From NCBI GenBank assembly GCA_963719505.1, contig CAVRCF010000001.1, forward strand, positions 1,184,001 to 1,248,000: DNA of 64,000 bases. The letters run 5' to 3'. This document shows positions 54,426-64,000 of the stretch, piece by piece. The notes under the pieces are model-generated. The model was given only the letters and a program-made list of their open reading frames with translations. It made no database searches and had not been told where the DNA came from. Position numbers and translations under genes: made by a program. Position 1 is the stretch's first letter; each line of letters starts with the position of its first letter. This stretch comes from Halobacteriovoraceae bacterium. Lineage in GTDB: Bacteria; Bdellovibrionota; Bacteriovoracia; Bacteriovoracales; Bacteriovoracaceae.

Positions 54426-57086
54426 TTGAGAATATTATATTGGAGCAGCGAGTCTGATCGTTTTGACAAGATACTGGATGACCTTGCCCTACATTTTGAA
54501 TTAATCGAATTCTCAGAAATCGCAAGTGTTTGCGACTTCATAAGCGATGAATCAGCTGATGCGATAATTTTTAATTATGACGAATCAACAAAAGAAATTG
54601 ATAAGGCGATTAAAAAAATAAAAAAAGATTTCGATCTTCCCATTTTTCTTCACTCGAATAATTTAAATTCAAAACAATTAGTAAAACATCAGAAGTCGAA
54701 AACCTCAGCAGACCTTTATTTGCGCTCACCAGTTTCAAAAGAATTGCTTTTGACAATGGTTGCTCCCTTTACTGATGAAGAGATCATTATTGAACAAGAG
54801 GATGAGGCAACAAACTCACTCATTACGAATGAGGATTCTACTGCAGAGATTGATATGAATGAATTCAATGGAAGCATTGCTAAAGGCCAGAATCAAAATG
54901 AAGAAGTTGACCTTGTTATTAACCAGCATCTCCCAGCAACCGGAGAGCTTTCCCCCGAAGTTAAAGAAATAAATACAAAACTAAACCAACAATTTTCAAC
55001 TGTTAAAGAAGTGGAAAGTGTTCCATCTGGCGACGAAGACTTGGCTTTAGATGATAATACAGAGAGCACAGAGGAGCTTATTGTGTCAGAAGATAATGAT
55101 GATGGGTTATTACTATTGGATGATGATGCAATCGAAGATGATGCTGAATTAATGACAGAAGAAAATGATGATTCAGATGATCTCTTAAGTCTTGACTCTG
55201 ATGACTCTGATGATCTTTTAAGTCTAGACTCCGATGACTCCGATGATCTTTTAAGTCTAGATGAAAGTGAAAGCTCTGATGGACTCTTGGAAGAGGAAGA
55301 AGATCTTCTGATGCTTGACGACGACCTTGAGGAAGAGGCACCTCCAAGCTTGGATACAGATGATAGTCTATCTCTCGCTGACGACTCAGAGGTGGACCTT
55401 TTGGAAATTGGAGACGATGAAGAACAAGCAGTTTTAGAAACTGGTGAAGATGGTATCGACCAAGAATCTTTAGATGATGACAGTATGAATCTTGATCTGT
55501 CAGAAAGTGACGAACTGACTTTGGGTGAAGATGAACCTATTGACTCCGCTCCTATGGATGAAGGTGGATTAGATTTAGATCTCTCCTCTTCAGATGATCT
55601 GTCTTTGGGTGATGACGAAGTTGTTCCGGTCGAGATGATCGATGAGGGAGGATTAGACTTAGATCTAGATGCCTCAGACGACCTTGTTCTTGGCGAAGAT
55701 GATGAAGTTGCTGCTGTGGCCACTGAGGAGGAAGAAGGTTTAGACCTTGATATGTCATCGAATGATGAACTCTCTTTAGGGGATGAAGATGTTGAAGTTG
55801 ACTCAGTCGATAGCTTAGATGATGGTTTAGATATGGATTTAGATGATGATACGGGCCTTGAATTAGGTGATGAATCAGTTGTTGAAAATATTGAAGAGAC
55901 TGAAGATGAGCTTTCTAGTGAAGGCGATATGGATCTTGATGATGACCTCGGTTTAAGTCTAGACTCCGAAGATCAATCAGATGACTCTTTAGAATTTGGC
56001 GATGAAGATGACTCAATGTCTTCAGATTCAATAGATGAACTTGATATGGACAGTGAAGAAGATCAAGTTGATGGTGAAGAAATCTCTTTTGGAAGTGAAG
56101 ATGAAGAGGATGACTTTGATTCACTTGATGAAGTTGAATCCGGTGATGTAGAAGAATCAACGATAGATGACGAAGAGCCCCAGCAGTTTGAGGATGAGGA
56201 CTTGTTTGGTACTCCGGCAGCTCAACAGACAGGAAGCCATAACATCTCTGAAAAAACGAGAGTTGACGACCAAAGCTTAGAGTTTTCCCTCAGCGATGCT
56301 AATGAAAGTTCACCTGACGATTTTTCAAGTGATGCTAAAATGAAACTGGCCGAGATCGATGGATTAATGGGAAATTCGGATTCAAGTTCAGTTGAAAGTG
56401 AAGAAGAGAGCGTTGAGGAAATAGAGCAAAGAAATAACTTTGTTGCTGAACATCAGGAACTAAAAGATCGAAATAATCAGCAACTTGAGGGACTTGGAAT
56501 TACCATAAAAGCTCTCCGAGATGATCGAGCTTTATTGATGGAGAAGATCGCAAAGCTTGAGAACCAGGAATCAGATAAAAAGGGGCATGAACTCAATCTG
56601 AAAGCTCAATTAGACGAGAAAAATATAGAGGTCAATGTTCTCAGAAGTCGTTATCAAAAAAGTTTAGAAAACTTAAAAGTTGAACTTGATATAAGTTTAG
56701 AGAAGAAAAACATTCTAGAAGAGAAGTCCAAATTTTATGAACAAAAGATTGAAGAGCTAAATAAAAAAGTTCGAATTGATGTTAATATGGTCAGGCAAAG
56801 AGAGAAAGAGCTTGAAAATAAACTAGAGATGCTTCGTTCTGATTCAGAAGCTCAAATTCGTAATAGAGATCTTAAAATCTTGGAGCTCAAAAGAAAAATT
56901 GATACATTGGAATTCGATCTTGAAAGTGTTCAATCTCAAGAAAAAAAAATCGTTCACAATAAGTATGAGCTTGAAGAGAAAATGGAAAAAGTTATTGATA
57001 CTCTTAGGGGGGCGATCGGTGAGTTGGAAGAAGATGGAAATTTTAGCAGAAAGATAAAAAATATTAAAAAGAATCTGGATGTTTAA
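54426..57086 (+). CDS. Receiver-like domain + very acidic repeat linker + C-terminal coiled coil
   Basis: N-terminal ~115 aa with DAIIFN, LPIFL, ADLYL.SP; ~500 aa D/E/S/L-rich; C-terminal heptads. Confidence 0.75.
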   Translation: MRILYWSSESDRFDKILDDLALHFELIEFSEIASVCDFISDESADAIIFNYDESTKEIDKAIKKIKKDFDLPIFLHSNNLNSKQLVKHQKSKTSADLYLRSPVSKELLLTMVAPFTDEEIIIEQEDEATNSLITNEDSTAEIDMNEFNGSIAKGQNQNEEVDLVINQHLPATGELSPEVKEINTKLNQQFSTVKEVESVPSGDEDLALDDNTESTEELIVSEDNDDGLLLLDDDAIEDDAELMTEENDDSDDLLSLDSDDSDDLLSLDSDDSDDLLSLDESESSDGLLEEEEDLLMLDDDLEEEAPPSLDTDDSLSLADDSEVDLLEIGDDEEQAVLETGEDGIDQESLDDDSMNLDLSESDELTLGEDEPIDSAPMDEGGLDLDLSSSDDLSLGDDEVVPVEMIDEGGLDLDLDASDDLVLGEDDEVAAVATEEEEGLDLDMSSNDELSLGDEDVEVDSVDSLDDGLDMDLDDDTGLELGDESVVENIEETEDELSSEGDMDLDDDLGLSLDSEDQSDDSLEFGDEDDSMSSDSIDELDMDSEEDQVDGEEISFGSEDEEDDFDSLDEVESGDVEESTIDDEEPQQFEDEDLFGTPAAQQTGSHNISEKTRVDDQSLEFSLSDANESSPDDFSSDAKMKLAEIDGLMGNSDSSSVESEEESVEEIEQRNNFVAEHQELKDRNNQQLEGLGITIKALRDDRALLMEKIAKLENQESDKKGHELNLKAQLDEKNIEVNVLRSRYQKSLENLKVELDISLEKKNILEEKSKFYEQKIEELNKKVRIDVNMVRQREKELENKLEMLRSDSEAQIRNRDLKILELKRKIDTLEFDLESVQSQEKKIVHNKYELEEKMEKVIDTLRGAIGELEEDGNFSRKIKNIKKNLDV
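55167..55265 (+). repeat. 33-bp in-frame tandem repeat x3 (DDSDDLLSLDS)
   Basis: Units at 55167, 55200 and 55233 with few, mostly synonymous, differences. Confidence 0.9.
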
Positions 57087-58021
57087 TGAAGAATAAAAAC
57101 ACGACTAAATCTACGATCAAAATAAAAGATACTGAACAGATGCATGAGTATCTCAACTCTGTTTTTAGTGAATCACTACTTAATTGCAAGTACGCCTATT
57201 TCATTCAAGAGGGCGATAGTGCTATCTTTTATGGCGGTGATCAGTCTCTAAATGTGAAAGAGCTTATAAAAAGCGCGAGAAAATTAATAAATAAAGATGT
57301 TGGAGATGTTTGTGAAATTGATGCAAACCATATTCTCGTTCCAATCTTTCAGTCTGACGAGAGTAAAGAGTTTCTCATTATTGAATCTCGGCAAGAGACA
57401 AAAGTCTTTTTAGAAGAGGAACTGTCTGACATTTTAAAAAACATTCACATCTATAGGCAATTGAAGCTTAGGTGTGAAAGATTGATGTTGCTCAGTCATA
57501 TTGATGAAGTCACAGGTTTGTATAACCAAAGAAAACTTGTGAAAGACCTAGAGGAGACGATAAAGTCTCATGAGGATGAAAATGAATCTTTCAGCCTCCT
57601 TTTTGTCGATATCGATCATTTTAAATCGGTAAATGATAATTTTGGACACCTTGTGGGGTCAGATATCCTCGCGGATTTGGGAGATCTTTTAAAATCCTTG
57701 GTCAGGGGAACCGATGATGTTTACCGTTTTGGCGGAGATGAATTTATCGTCATTCTTAGGGAAGTCGATATTGAGACTGTTCACAGAATTGGTGTCAGGC
57801 TCTTAAAGACAATAAAGAATCATCACTTTGAGCTTGAAAGCGGCGAGAGCTATAGTATGAGTGTCTCCATCGGAATAGCGGAGTTTCCAACAGATGCTAA
57901 AACATCTAAAGAAATGATTCAGCTTGCAGATGAAATGATGTATAAATCAAAAAAAACAGGACGTGGAAAAGTTATTCACCTAGGAAGGGAAGTTAAAAAT
58001 GTTAATGTTAATACTAAGTGA
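57086..58021 (+). CDS. Diguanylate cyclase (GGDEF)
   Basis: DEVTGLYN, DIDHFKSVND.FGH..G, RGTD I-site, RFGGDEF. Confidence 0.95.
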   Translation: MKNKNTTKSTIKIKDTEQMHEYLNSVFSESLLNCKYAYFIQEGDSAIFYGGDQSLNVKELIKSARKLINKDVGDVCEIDANHILVPIFQSDESKEFLIIESRQETKVFLEEELSDILKNIHIYRQLKLRCERLMLLSHIDEVTGLYNQRKLVKDLEETIKSHEDENESFSLLFVDIDHFKSVNDNFGHLVGSDILADLGDLLKSLVRGTDDVYRFGGDEFIVILREVDIETVHRIGVRLLKTIKNHHFELESGESYSMSVSIGIAEFPTDAKTSKEMIQLADEMMYKSKKTGRGKVIHLGREVKNVNVNTK

Positions 58022-59081
58022 TTTTCATCTAGGTAAGGGAAAGTTTTTAGAGGACGGTCAAATAAATGTTCTCGAAGACTTTGATGAAGATGAAAAGTTT
58101 ACAGAGCTTCTCGATCACTATTCGACAGGAACCTACTATTTTACTGACGTTCACCTTGTTCTCAACGGGGATATCTTAAATCTAATCCAAATGGATGTCG
58201 ATGGAATTTATACCCATCTCTTAACAGAAGATCACATATGTAAAATGGTTTCTCAGGTGGTTAAGGGACATCCTATTTTCTTTGAAAATTTGAGAAAGTT
58301 TTTATCTCGACCTAATAAAAAATTAACTTATGTCATAGGGAACCATGACTTTGGAATGGTTTTCGAAAAAGCTCAAAAGGTCTTTGCTGAAGCCTGTGGG
58401 GAAGAGGTAGAGTTTACAGAACAGCTTATTTCAAATGGTGTTCTTGTAGAGCATGGTCACAGATTTGAGCCCATTAATACAGTTCCAAAGGCAAAAACTT
58501 TTATCAAAGGTCCGGGGGGGCAACAGATACTAAATCTGCCGTGGGCTTCACTTTTTTGTATTAACCTTCTGCCAAAACTAAAGCTCTATAGACCATTTCT
58601 AGATAAAGTTAGGCCTGTTTCTCTGTACATTTGGTGGGCTTTAATTCATGATTTTAGATTTTTTATGTATATGAGTTGGACTGTTTGTTTGTATGTCATA
58701 AGAACTCAATTTCCTCCTTATGGGAAATATAATAAAAATTTTAAAATTGGACCAAGACAACTAACAAAAATTGTTATTCATCCTAACTTTGAAAAATATG
58801 CCAAGAGGGTTCTTGCAACTAGGCCTGAAGTGAAGATTGTTGTTATGGGGCATACTCATATCACGGAGTGGAGACGCTTTAAAGATGGTCGCCAATATTT
58901 CAATTGTGGGACATGGAACCCAGTTCCATCGATGGATAGAACTCTACATAAAAATATAACGGACCTTCACTACGTTTGCATTGATATCAATGAGAAAAAG
59001 GGCGTTATAAAGAATGCTTATCTCAATATTTGGCGAGGTAAATGGAGACCATTTAGCGAAGAGATTGTAACCTCTCCTTAG
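57999..59081 (+). CDS. Metallophosphoesterase
   Basis: SDFHLG, NGDI, GNHD, EHGH, MGHTH. Confidence 0.88.
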   Translation: MLMLILSDFHLGKGKFLEDGQINVLEDFDEDEKFTELLDHYSTGTYYFTDVHLVLNGDILNLIQMDVDGIYTHLLTEDHICKMVSQVVKGHPIFFENLRKFLSRPNKKLTYVIGNHDFGMVFEKAQKVFAEACGEEVEFTEQLISNGVLVEHGHRFEPINTVPKAKTFIKGPGGQQILNLPWASLFCINLLPKLKLYRPFLDKVRPVSLYIWWALIHDFRFFMYMSWTVCLYVIRTQFPPYGKYNKNFKIGPRQLTKIVIHPNFEKYAKRVLATRPEVKIVVMGHTHITEWRRFKDGRQYFNCGTWNPVPSMDRTLHKNITDLHYVCIDINEKKGVIKNAYLNIWRGKWRPFSEEIVTSP

Positions 59082-59087
59082 AGAACC

Positions 59088-62000
59088 TTAAAGATTAGTT
59101 TTTAACTCAGCCAACTTTGCCTCTAAACCTTTTAAGGTTATTTCGAGTACGGCAGATTTTTTTTCAAGTTTCATTTGTTCAGGGGTTGCTTTGCCTGGAG
59201 TCAACTCTGCCAAGGCTGTATCAGCACCAAGTTGAGGAAGAAGTAATGCATCGATTTCTTCTTTCGTTAGTGTGATATTTCTCTTGTCCAAGGCTTTTAA
59301 GACAGCTTCAGTATCTGTGAGTTCGATCTCTTCAACTTTTTTACCGTCTCTGTTGGTAAAAATTAGTTTTTTTACACCACCATTAGCACTGCTTCCTATT
59401 TCTACTTTCTCTCCGTTTGATTGAATAAAAGGCTCGTTTTTATTGAGAAATAAACCTGCAAACAGCTTTTGACCTTGAGGGTTTGTAATCGGTGCGACAA
59501 AATTTGCCTTACCTGATACTACTGCAGTCGGCTGGCGATATCCATTGGATCTTTTGTCTTCTATCGTTTCTCTCGCCGTTATCGGGGAGATACCGGTATT
59601 ATTGACAGCCACACGATTGAAGGAGTTTTTCTTTGTATCGGCAATGTTAGTCTCTTGAGATGATATTGGCATTTTTCTTTTTAATTCTTCGTTCTTCTTT
59701 AAAGAATCTTCATATTTATTTACCATATCAGTATATTTATTATTCATCTCTTCAAACTTTTGATCGGCTTTTTTCTTTTCTAATTCTGCCTTTTCGTCAG
59801 AGAGCTTTTTCAGTTCTTTCTCTTTTATCGCTAAAATTTCTTTTCGCTTTTCTTCAATAAGTTTTTCAACCTCAGAGATCTTTTCTGACTGTGGAGTCTC
59901 TTCAAGCTTTTTATCAATCATTTCTTGAAAACTATCGGTCATAGATGGATTTGATTGGATTTGTTGAACGTAGTTGTTAATCCTTGTCTCAGAGGCATCT
60001 TGATAGGTTTTCTTTGATGTTAAATAATTATAGTCCGCTTCTGTCTGTGGAGTAAAAGGGTTTATGTATTTAGAAGGTTGAAAAGCTATATCTGTTTTCA
60101 CTTCAGGCAATTGTTCAACCACTTTGGTTGTTGGCTCTGGTAAAATATTCTTTGATGAGTCAGGTTGTATTTCCTTTCCATCTAATGTCGTGCTGACTAA
60201 TTCACCTGCGACACTTGCTTCACTTATACCTGTCTTTCGATCAACTTTAAGCACGACTTCGTCGAGCATAATAGCTCCAGGGTAGCCCCAGTCATCATCC
60301 TTTAAATCATTATTTCTTCCTGGTAAAACATTCGGGCTTCCTATAGTAGGTTTTGATTGTAACTGAGTTAATCGAACTAAGTTTTTGGGAGCAGCAGGTA
60401 TACTAACAAGTTGAACTTCGTTTTGTTTATCCTGAGTATATTTTTCAATGAAGTTTGCTGTTTCTTGTCCACTTTTCACTATCTTTTCCTTTTCCTCAGC
60501 TATCTTCTTGGATGATTCTTCTTCAAGTCGCTTTTGAGACTCCTTTAATGCAATTTCTCTAACTTTAGATATTGAACTAAAGTCTTCCTCGCATTCAGAT
60601 TTATCAAATTGTCCTGTAATCTCACATCTGAACTGCTTTTCAGTTTGTGTAATCATTTCACAGGTATTAGTTTTTAAGAATTGGTCATAAGGAGAGTCTT
60701 TGCTCCTATGGCTATCTCCTCCGAAATTTTTTTCAATAACATCATGAAAACCAAAATTAGGAGACTTCTTAGGTGGTAATTTTACCGTACTTCGAGACTC
60801 TGTCTTTAGTTGGCACGACGCCGAAACTAGTGATAGGGCATCAATCCCCTCATCCTCTTGAGATTTATCGTTGAATTTTGTATCAATCAACTTAAGTGTT
60901 GCAATCTCTATTTCTTGTTTCGAGGAATTTACTAATATCGTTTCATCTTTAGAACATGCTATTTCCGACATCCTCTTTATGAACTCTTCACAAATTGGTT
61001 TTTGGTATTTAGCAAACTCTTCAATCTTTTGTTTTTCGTTGGTGTCGCGATTGTCTCTAAAGTATTTAGCCAAAGATGTTTTTTCTTGAAGAGCTTTAGT
61101 TAGTCCACCTTTTGTCATTAGCATTGATTGAATATTAGGATTGTATTTAGCTGCAGTTTTAAAAAAAGATTCAAGGTATTGTCTTAACATCTTCTCTTTG
61201 GCTAGATTTGAAAAAGACCGGTTCAAATATTTTGCGCTTTCATTCTTTACCAAAGGGTGACCTTTATTTATCCTTCTAATGTCTTGGAAGGTTTTGTCAT
61301 TAATTAGAGCTTCGAAAACTGGGCTAATCTCTATTTCTAGTTTATTTGACTGATCAGGAGCCTCTTTTCCAAATAAAAGGTGCAGTTGATTAATATTTCC
61401 AGAGTGAAACATGGTACCAGATGCTGCAATGAGGTTGTCGATAATAACTTCATATGGAAGCTTGTTTGAATCGTCACCCTCTTGAACTGCTGAGAGGGTA
61501 ATAAAGGTTTCAACCATTTCAGGGACAAGTTGTTTTGAGTGTAGAAGTGCCTGGGCCTTAGCGTAGTCTTGCCTATTCGAGTCAGGACATGTTCGTTCCT
61601 GTCTATCACTTCCATTTATTTTTGCACTGTAGTAGGCTTCTAAAGAACTTAGACTATTTATAGAGTTTGACCCTGTCATCTCTTGAATGTTTTTGAATAA
61701 GTCTTTCTTGGCATTTCTCCACCGATTTCCACATTTTTTTTGGAGACTAGACTTAAATCGGTTCCGATCAAAACATATAACAGATTCATTAAGTCTGGAA
61801 GTTCCCCACATACTAGTTCCAACCCAGCTTTTTGCGTTATAAAAAGATTCAGTCATACCAGCTATCTCGTGAAGGGCTTGCCTTATATGGTTTTGCCTTA
61901 TCTCTTTTGCGATATCTGCATTTGAATTTTCACGTCTTTTATTGATCGCCGGGGCAGATATTTCAAATTTTCTTTTTTCTGGATTTTTTATTTGTAAAGA

Positions 62001-63002
62001 AGTGGTTTGGATTTTTTTCTCTAGACAAGAAGAGCAGTAGCTGGAAACTCCTCGTCTCTTTACAAAGACCCTAAGACTTTCTTTTCCGTCTGGAATTGAT
62101 ATAGCGGAGAGAATTTCACCAAAATCTCGATCTATTTTTATTGGAGATTTTTCCAACTCGTTGCATGACTGGTAGGTTGGGTTCGATGCACTTATTAAAG
62201 TGGAGTCTCCACATTTTGAACCTTCTAGGTCTGTTTCTCCAAGCTCATCTGGCTCTTCAGAATTTTGTAGAAGAACACTCATCTCTTCTCCCGACAAAAA
62301 ACCTTGTATTTCATCAGCTATGCTCTTTGTACATTTTTCAGCTAAAACATCAGCTATTCTTCTCGCATCTTTCTTATTTTTAAAGTTTTCTAGGTGACCA
62401 ATGAGTAGTTGCAGCTTTATTAATTTCAACTGTGCTAAGGTTGTATTGGTCTTTCAACTGGTCTAAAATATCAAGGTTAAACCTTCTTTTACTTCTAGCT
62501 CTTCTGTCGCTTTGCTTGTAAATTAATTCATTGAATCAGTAGTGGATGGAATGTCTTCGTTAGATCACCTTTGATTAGCTGGTAAAAGCTAGGCTCTCCC
62601 TTTTGCAAGGTCCGGTTTGGAAATGATGCGAATGAGCTGTTCCGAGCCGGTAAAGTCAAGCTTGAAGGTTTAAGGTCAGTTTTTTTGGACAAGTGATATT
62701 TTTTTGAAATATCGCTAAGATTCGATTTTAAAATAAGTTCTTCTTCAAAGGCATTCACTTTTTCAAAAATATTCGATTGCCCATCCAAGACAAACTTCTC
62801 TCTAAAATTTGAGATCAACTGATCTTCAGAGAGGCCTAAAATAGAGTTTTTAAGAGCACTACAAAAGGATTTAGCATTTTCAGACTTTTTAGTCGCTAAT
62901 TCATCCATGCTTTGTGCATTAGATATTACTAGGGTAAAGCCCAACGATCAATATCAATGAGCGAACTTTAAATGGACTAACTCGACTTTGTTTTTTCATC
63001 AT
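59088..63002 (-). pseudogene. Large secreted coiled-coil protein; 5' ~600 bp broken by several frameshifts/stops, 3' 1113 codons open
   Basis: ATG 63002/62999 plus a signal peptide joins ORF 62528-62944 if one C is removed from CCC at 62940-62942; further frame changes between about 62580 and 62400 before the long ORF. Confidence 0.6.
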
Positions 63003-63007
63003 TCCCT

Positions 63008-63034
63008 TTTTCGGTTGATTACTAGATAAGTTTA
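63008..63034 (-). promoter_or_regulatory. Sigma28-like promoter
   Basis: TAAA-N15-ACCGAAAA just upstream of ATG 63002. Confidence 0.55.
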
Positions 63035-63110
63035 GTTGAGATTGTGGAATTTTTGATTTTAAAAAGGGCTTGAATTATGGGGGATGATTGAATGTTCGAA
63101 ATTTCAAGGG

Positions 63111-63145
63111 GTTAGTGCGAGAAAAATGATCTCGCACTAACAAAA
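63111..63145 (-). terminator. Hairpin terminator after the Lys-rich gene
   Basis: GTTAGTGCGAGA-N7-TCTCGCACTAAC 12-bp stem. Confidence 0.7.
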
Positions 63146-63148
63146 GGC

Positions 63149-63667
63149 TTATTTTTTACTGGCAGATTTTTTTGTCGCTTTCTTTGCTTTTTTGGCAACT
63201 TTCTTCGTCGATTTTTTGGCTACTTTTTTCGCTTTTTTTACCTGATCCTTTTTAATAACTTTGTTCGAAAGTTTTTTGGCGGTCTTTTTTGCCGTTTTTT
63301 TAGAAGTCTTCTTTTTAGTCGACTTTTTCTTAGTCGACTTCTTCTTGTCGTCTTTTAAAACCATTGATTCTAACTTTGATTGAATTTTTGCGAGCTCTTT
63401 CTTTTGCTCATCAATAAATTTTTGAGCTTTTTTTATTTCTGAATTAATTAGTTTCTCAAGCATTTTTTCAATTTGCGTCGTCTCTGATTTGATTTTTGAT
63501 TTAACTTTAGCAATATCACCTTCAACAGTTGATGTGATTTCTTTTTGTGCTTTTTGGACTCTTTGCTTTACTGATTTTTGAAGCTCATCGATATTGTTAT
63601 CTTTAACAAAAGAATCAATTTGCGATTTTACTTTTTTCCATGAATCTAATAGTGACTTTTTACTCAT
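63149..63667 (-). CDS. Coiled-coil protein with histone H1-like Lys/Ala-rich tail
   Basis: KKSTKKK/KKTAKK/KKVAKK repeats; AAGGAG RBS overlapping the nadE stop. Confidence 0.8.
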   Translation of the reverse strand: MSKKSLLDSWKKVKSQIDSFVKDNNIDELQKSVKQRVQKAQKEITSTVEGDIAKVKSKIKSETTQIEKMLEKLINSEIKKAQKFIDEQKKELAKIQSKLESMVLKDDKKKSTKKKSTKKKTSKKTAKKTAKKLSNKVIKKDQVKKAKKVAKKSTKKVAKKAKKATKKSASKK

Positions 63668-63677
63668 TTGATACTCC

Positions 63678-64000
63678 TTAGGTGATATTATAAAAGTTAG
63701 CTACTTTGTTTATCGGTACTCTATATCCAAAACCGAAGCTCTTCGATGCAATTTTTAGAATAGGGCAAAATTGATACCGTTTATACTCGGAACGCTTATA
63801 TAAGGAAAGAACTTTTTCCACGTCTTCTTTGGGAAAACCGGCTGCACAAAGGTCATTCGAAGAGTAGCGGTAGCTTAAAATACCATCTAAGATAGCATCT
63901 AGGACATCGTACGAAGGAAGAGAATCGCTATCTTTTTGGTCTGGCCTCAGTTCTGCGGTGGGCGGTCTTTTTATAATCTCTTCGGGGATAAGGTTCGGTT
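63678..64000 (-). CDS. nadE: NAD+ synthetase, C-terminal part (N-terminus outside the window)
   Basis: Hand translation: IPEEII.RPPTAELRPDQKDSDSLPSY.VLD.IL...SEYKRYQ..P.LK....FG..YRVPI. Confidence 0.92.
   Translation of the reverse strand, partial: PNLIPEEIIKRPPTAELRPDQKDSDSLPSYDVLDAILDGILSYRYSSNDLCAAGFPKEDVEKVLSLYKRSEYKRYQFCPILKIASKSFGFGYRVPINKVANFYNIT

Noticed and set aside
54893-56160. Ser-rich and His/Leu-rich minus-strand ORFs
   Set aside because: Antisense shadows of the GAT/GAA-rich acidic coding region
6876-62397. Numerous 60-170 aa ORFs overlapping longer genes (e.g. 6876-7259, 9169-9669, 28441-28887, 43599-43913)
   Set aside because: Antisense or alternate-frame shadows of well-supported genes, with no motifs of their own
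63710-63736. Sigma28-like box TCGG-N15-ACCGATAA before the H1-like gene
   Set aside because: Lies within nadE codons for the conserved FG..R.PI motif, so it is explained by coding constraint

Overview
AT-rich chromosomal window, most likely from a predatory Bdellovibrionota bacterium (Halobacteriovorax/Bacteriovorax-like; inferred from gene content only). Positions 1-6634 are the right part of a tRNA-integrated element. It ends in a duplicated tRNA 3' end (6610-6634). It encodes a compact family-A/TV-Pol-like polymerase missed by the ORF track (<1-1125, minus) and envelope cargo genes. A conserved ~30-bp motif occurs three times in it: once in front of the polymerase and twice near the att site, where the two copies bracket a structured non-coding segment. 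The remainder is mostly housekeeping: GS III, LPS glycosyltransferases, tRNA-Leu(TAA), aat, map, tatC, speB/speE, hldD, htpG, mce, fliL, ald, an M16 peptidase pair, a cell-shape cluster, a GGDEF protein and nadE. Notable oddities are a degenerate NuoB/NuoCD/NuoI module that has lost its N2 and quinone-site residues, an intact 1750-bp IS66 element with an 8-bp target duplication, a sigma54 promoter with a GGA-hairpin leader before a DksA/TraR gene, an in-frame amber codon in speE, several sigma28-like promoters, and a large gene with a multiply frameshifted 5' end. All assignments are by eye from motifs; no database searches were run.
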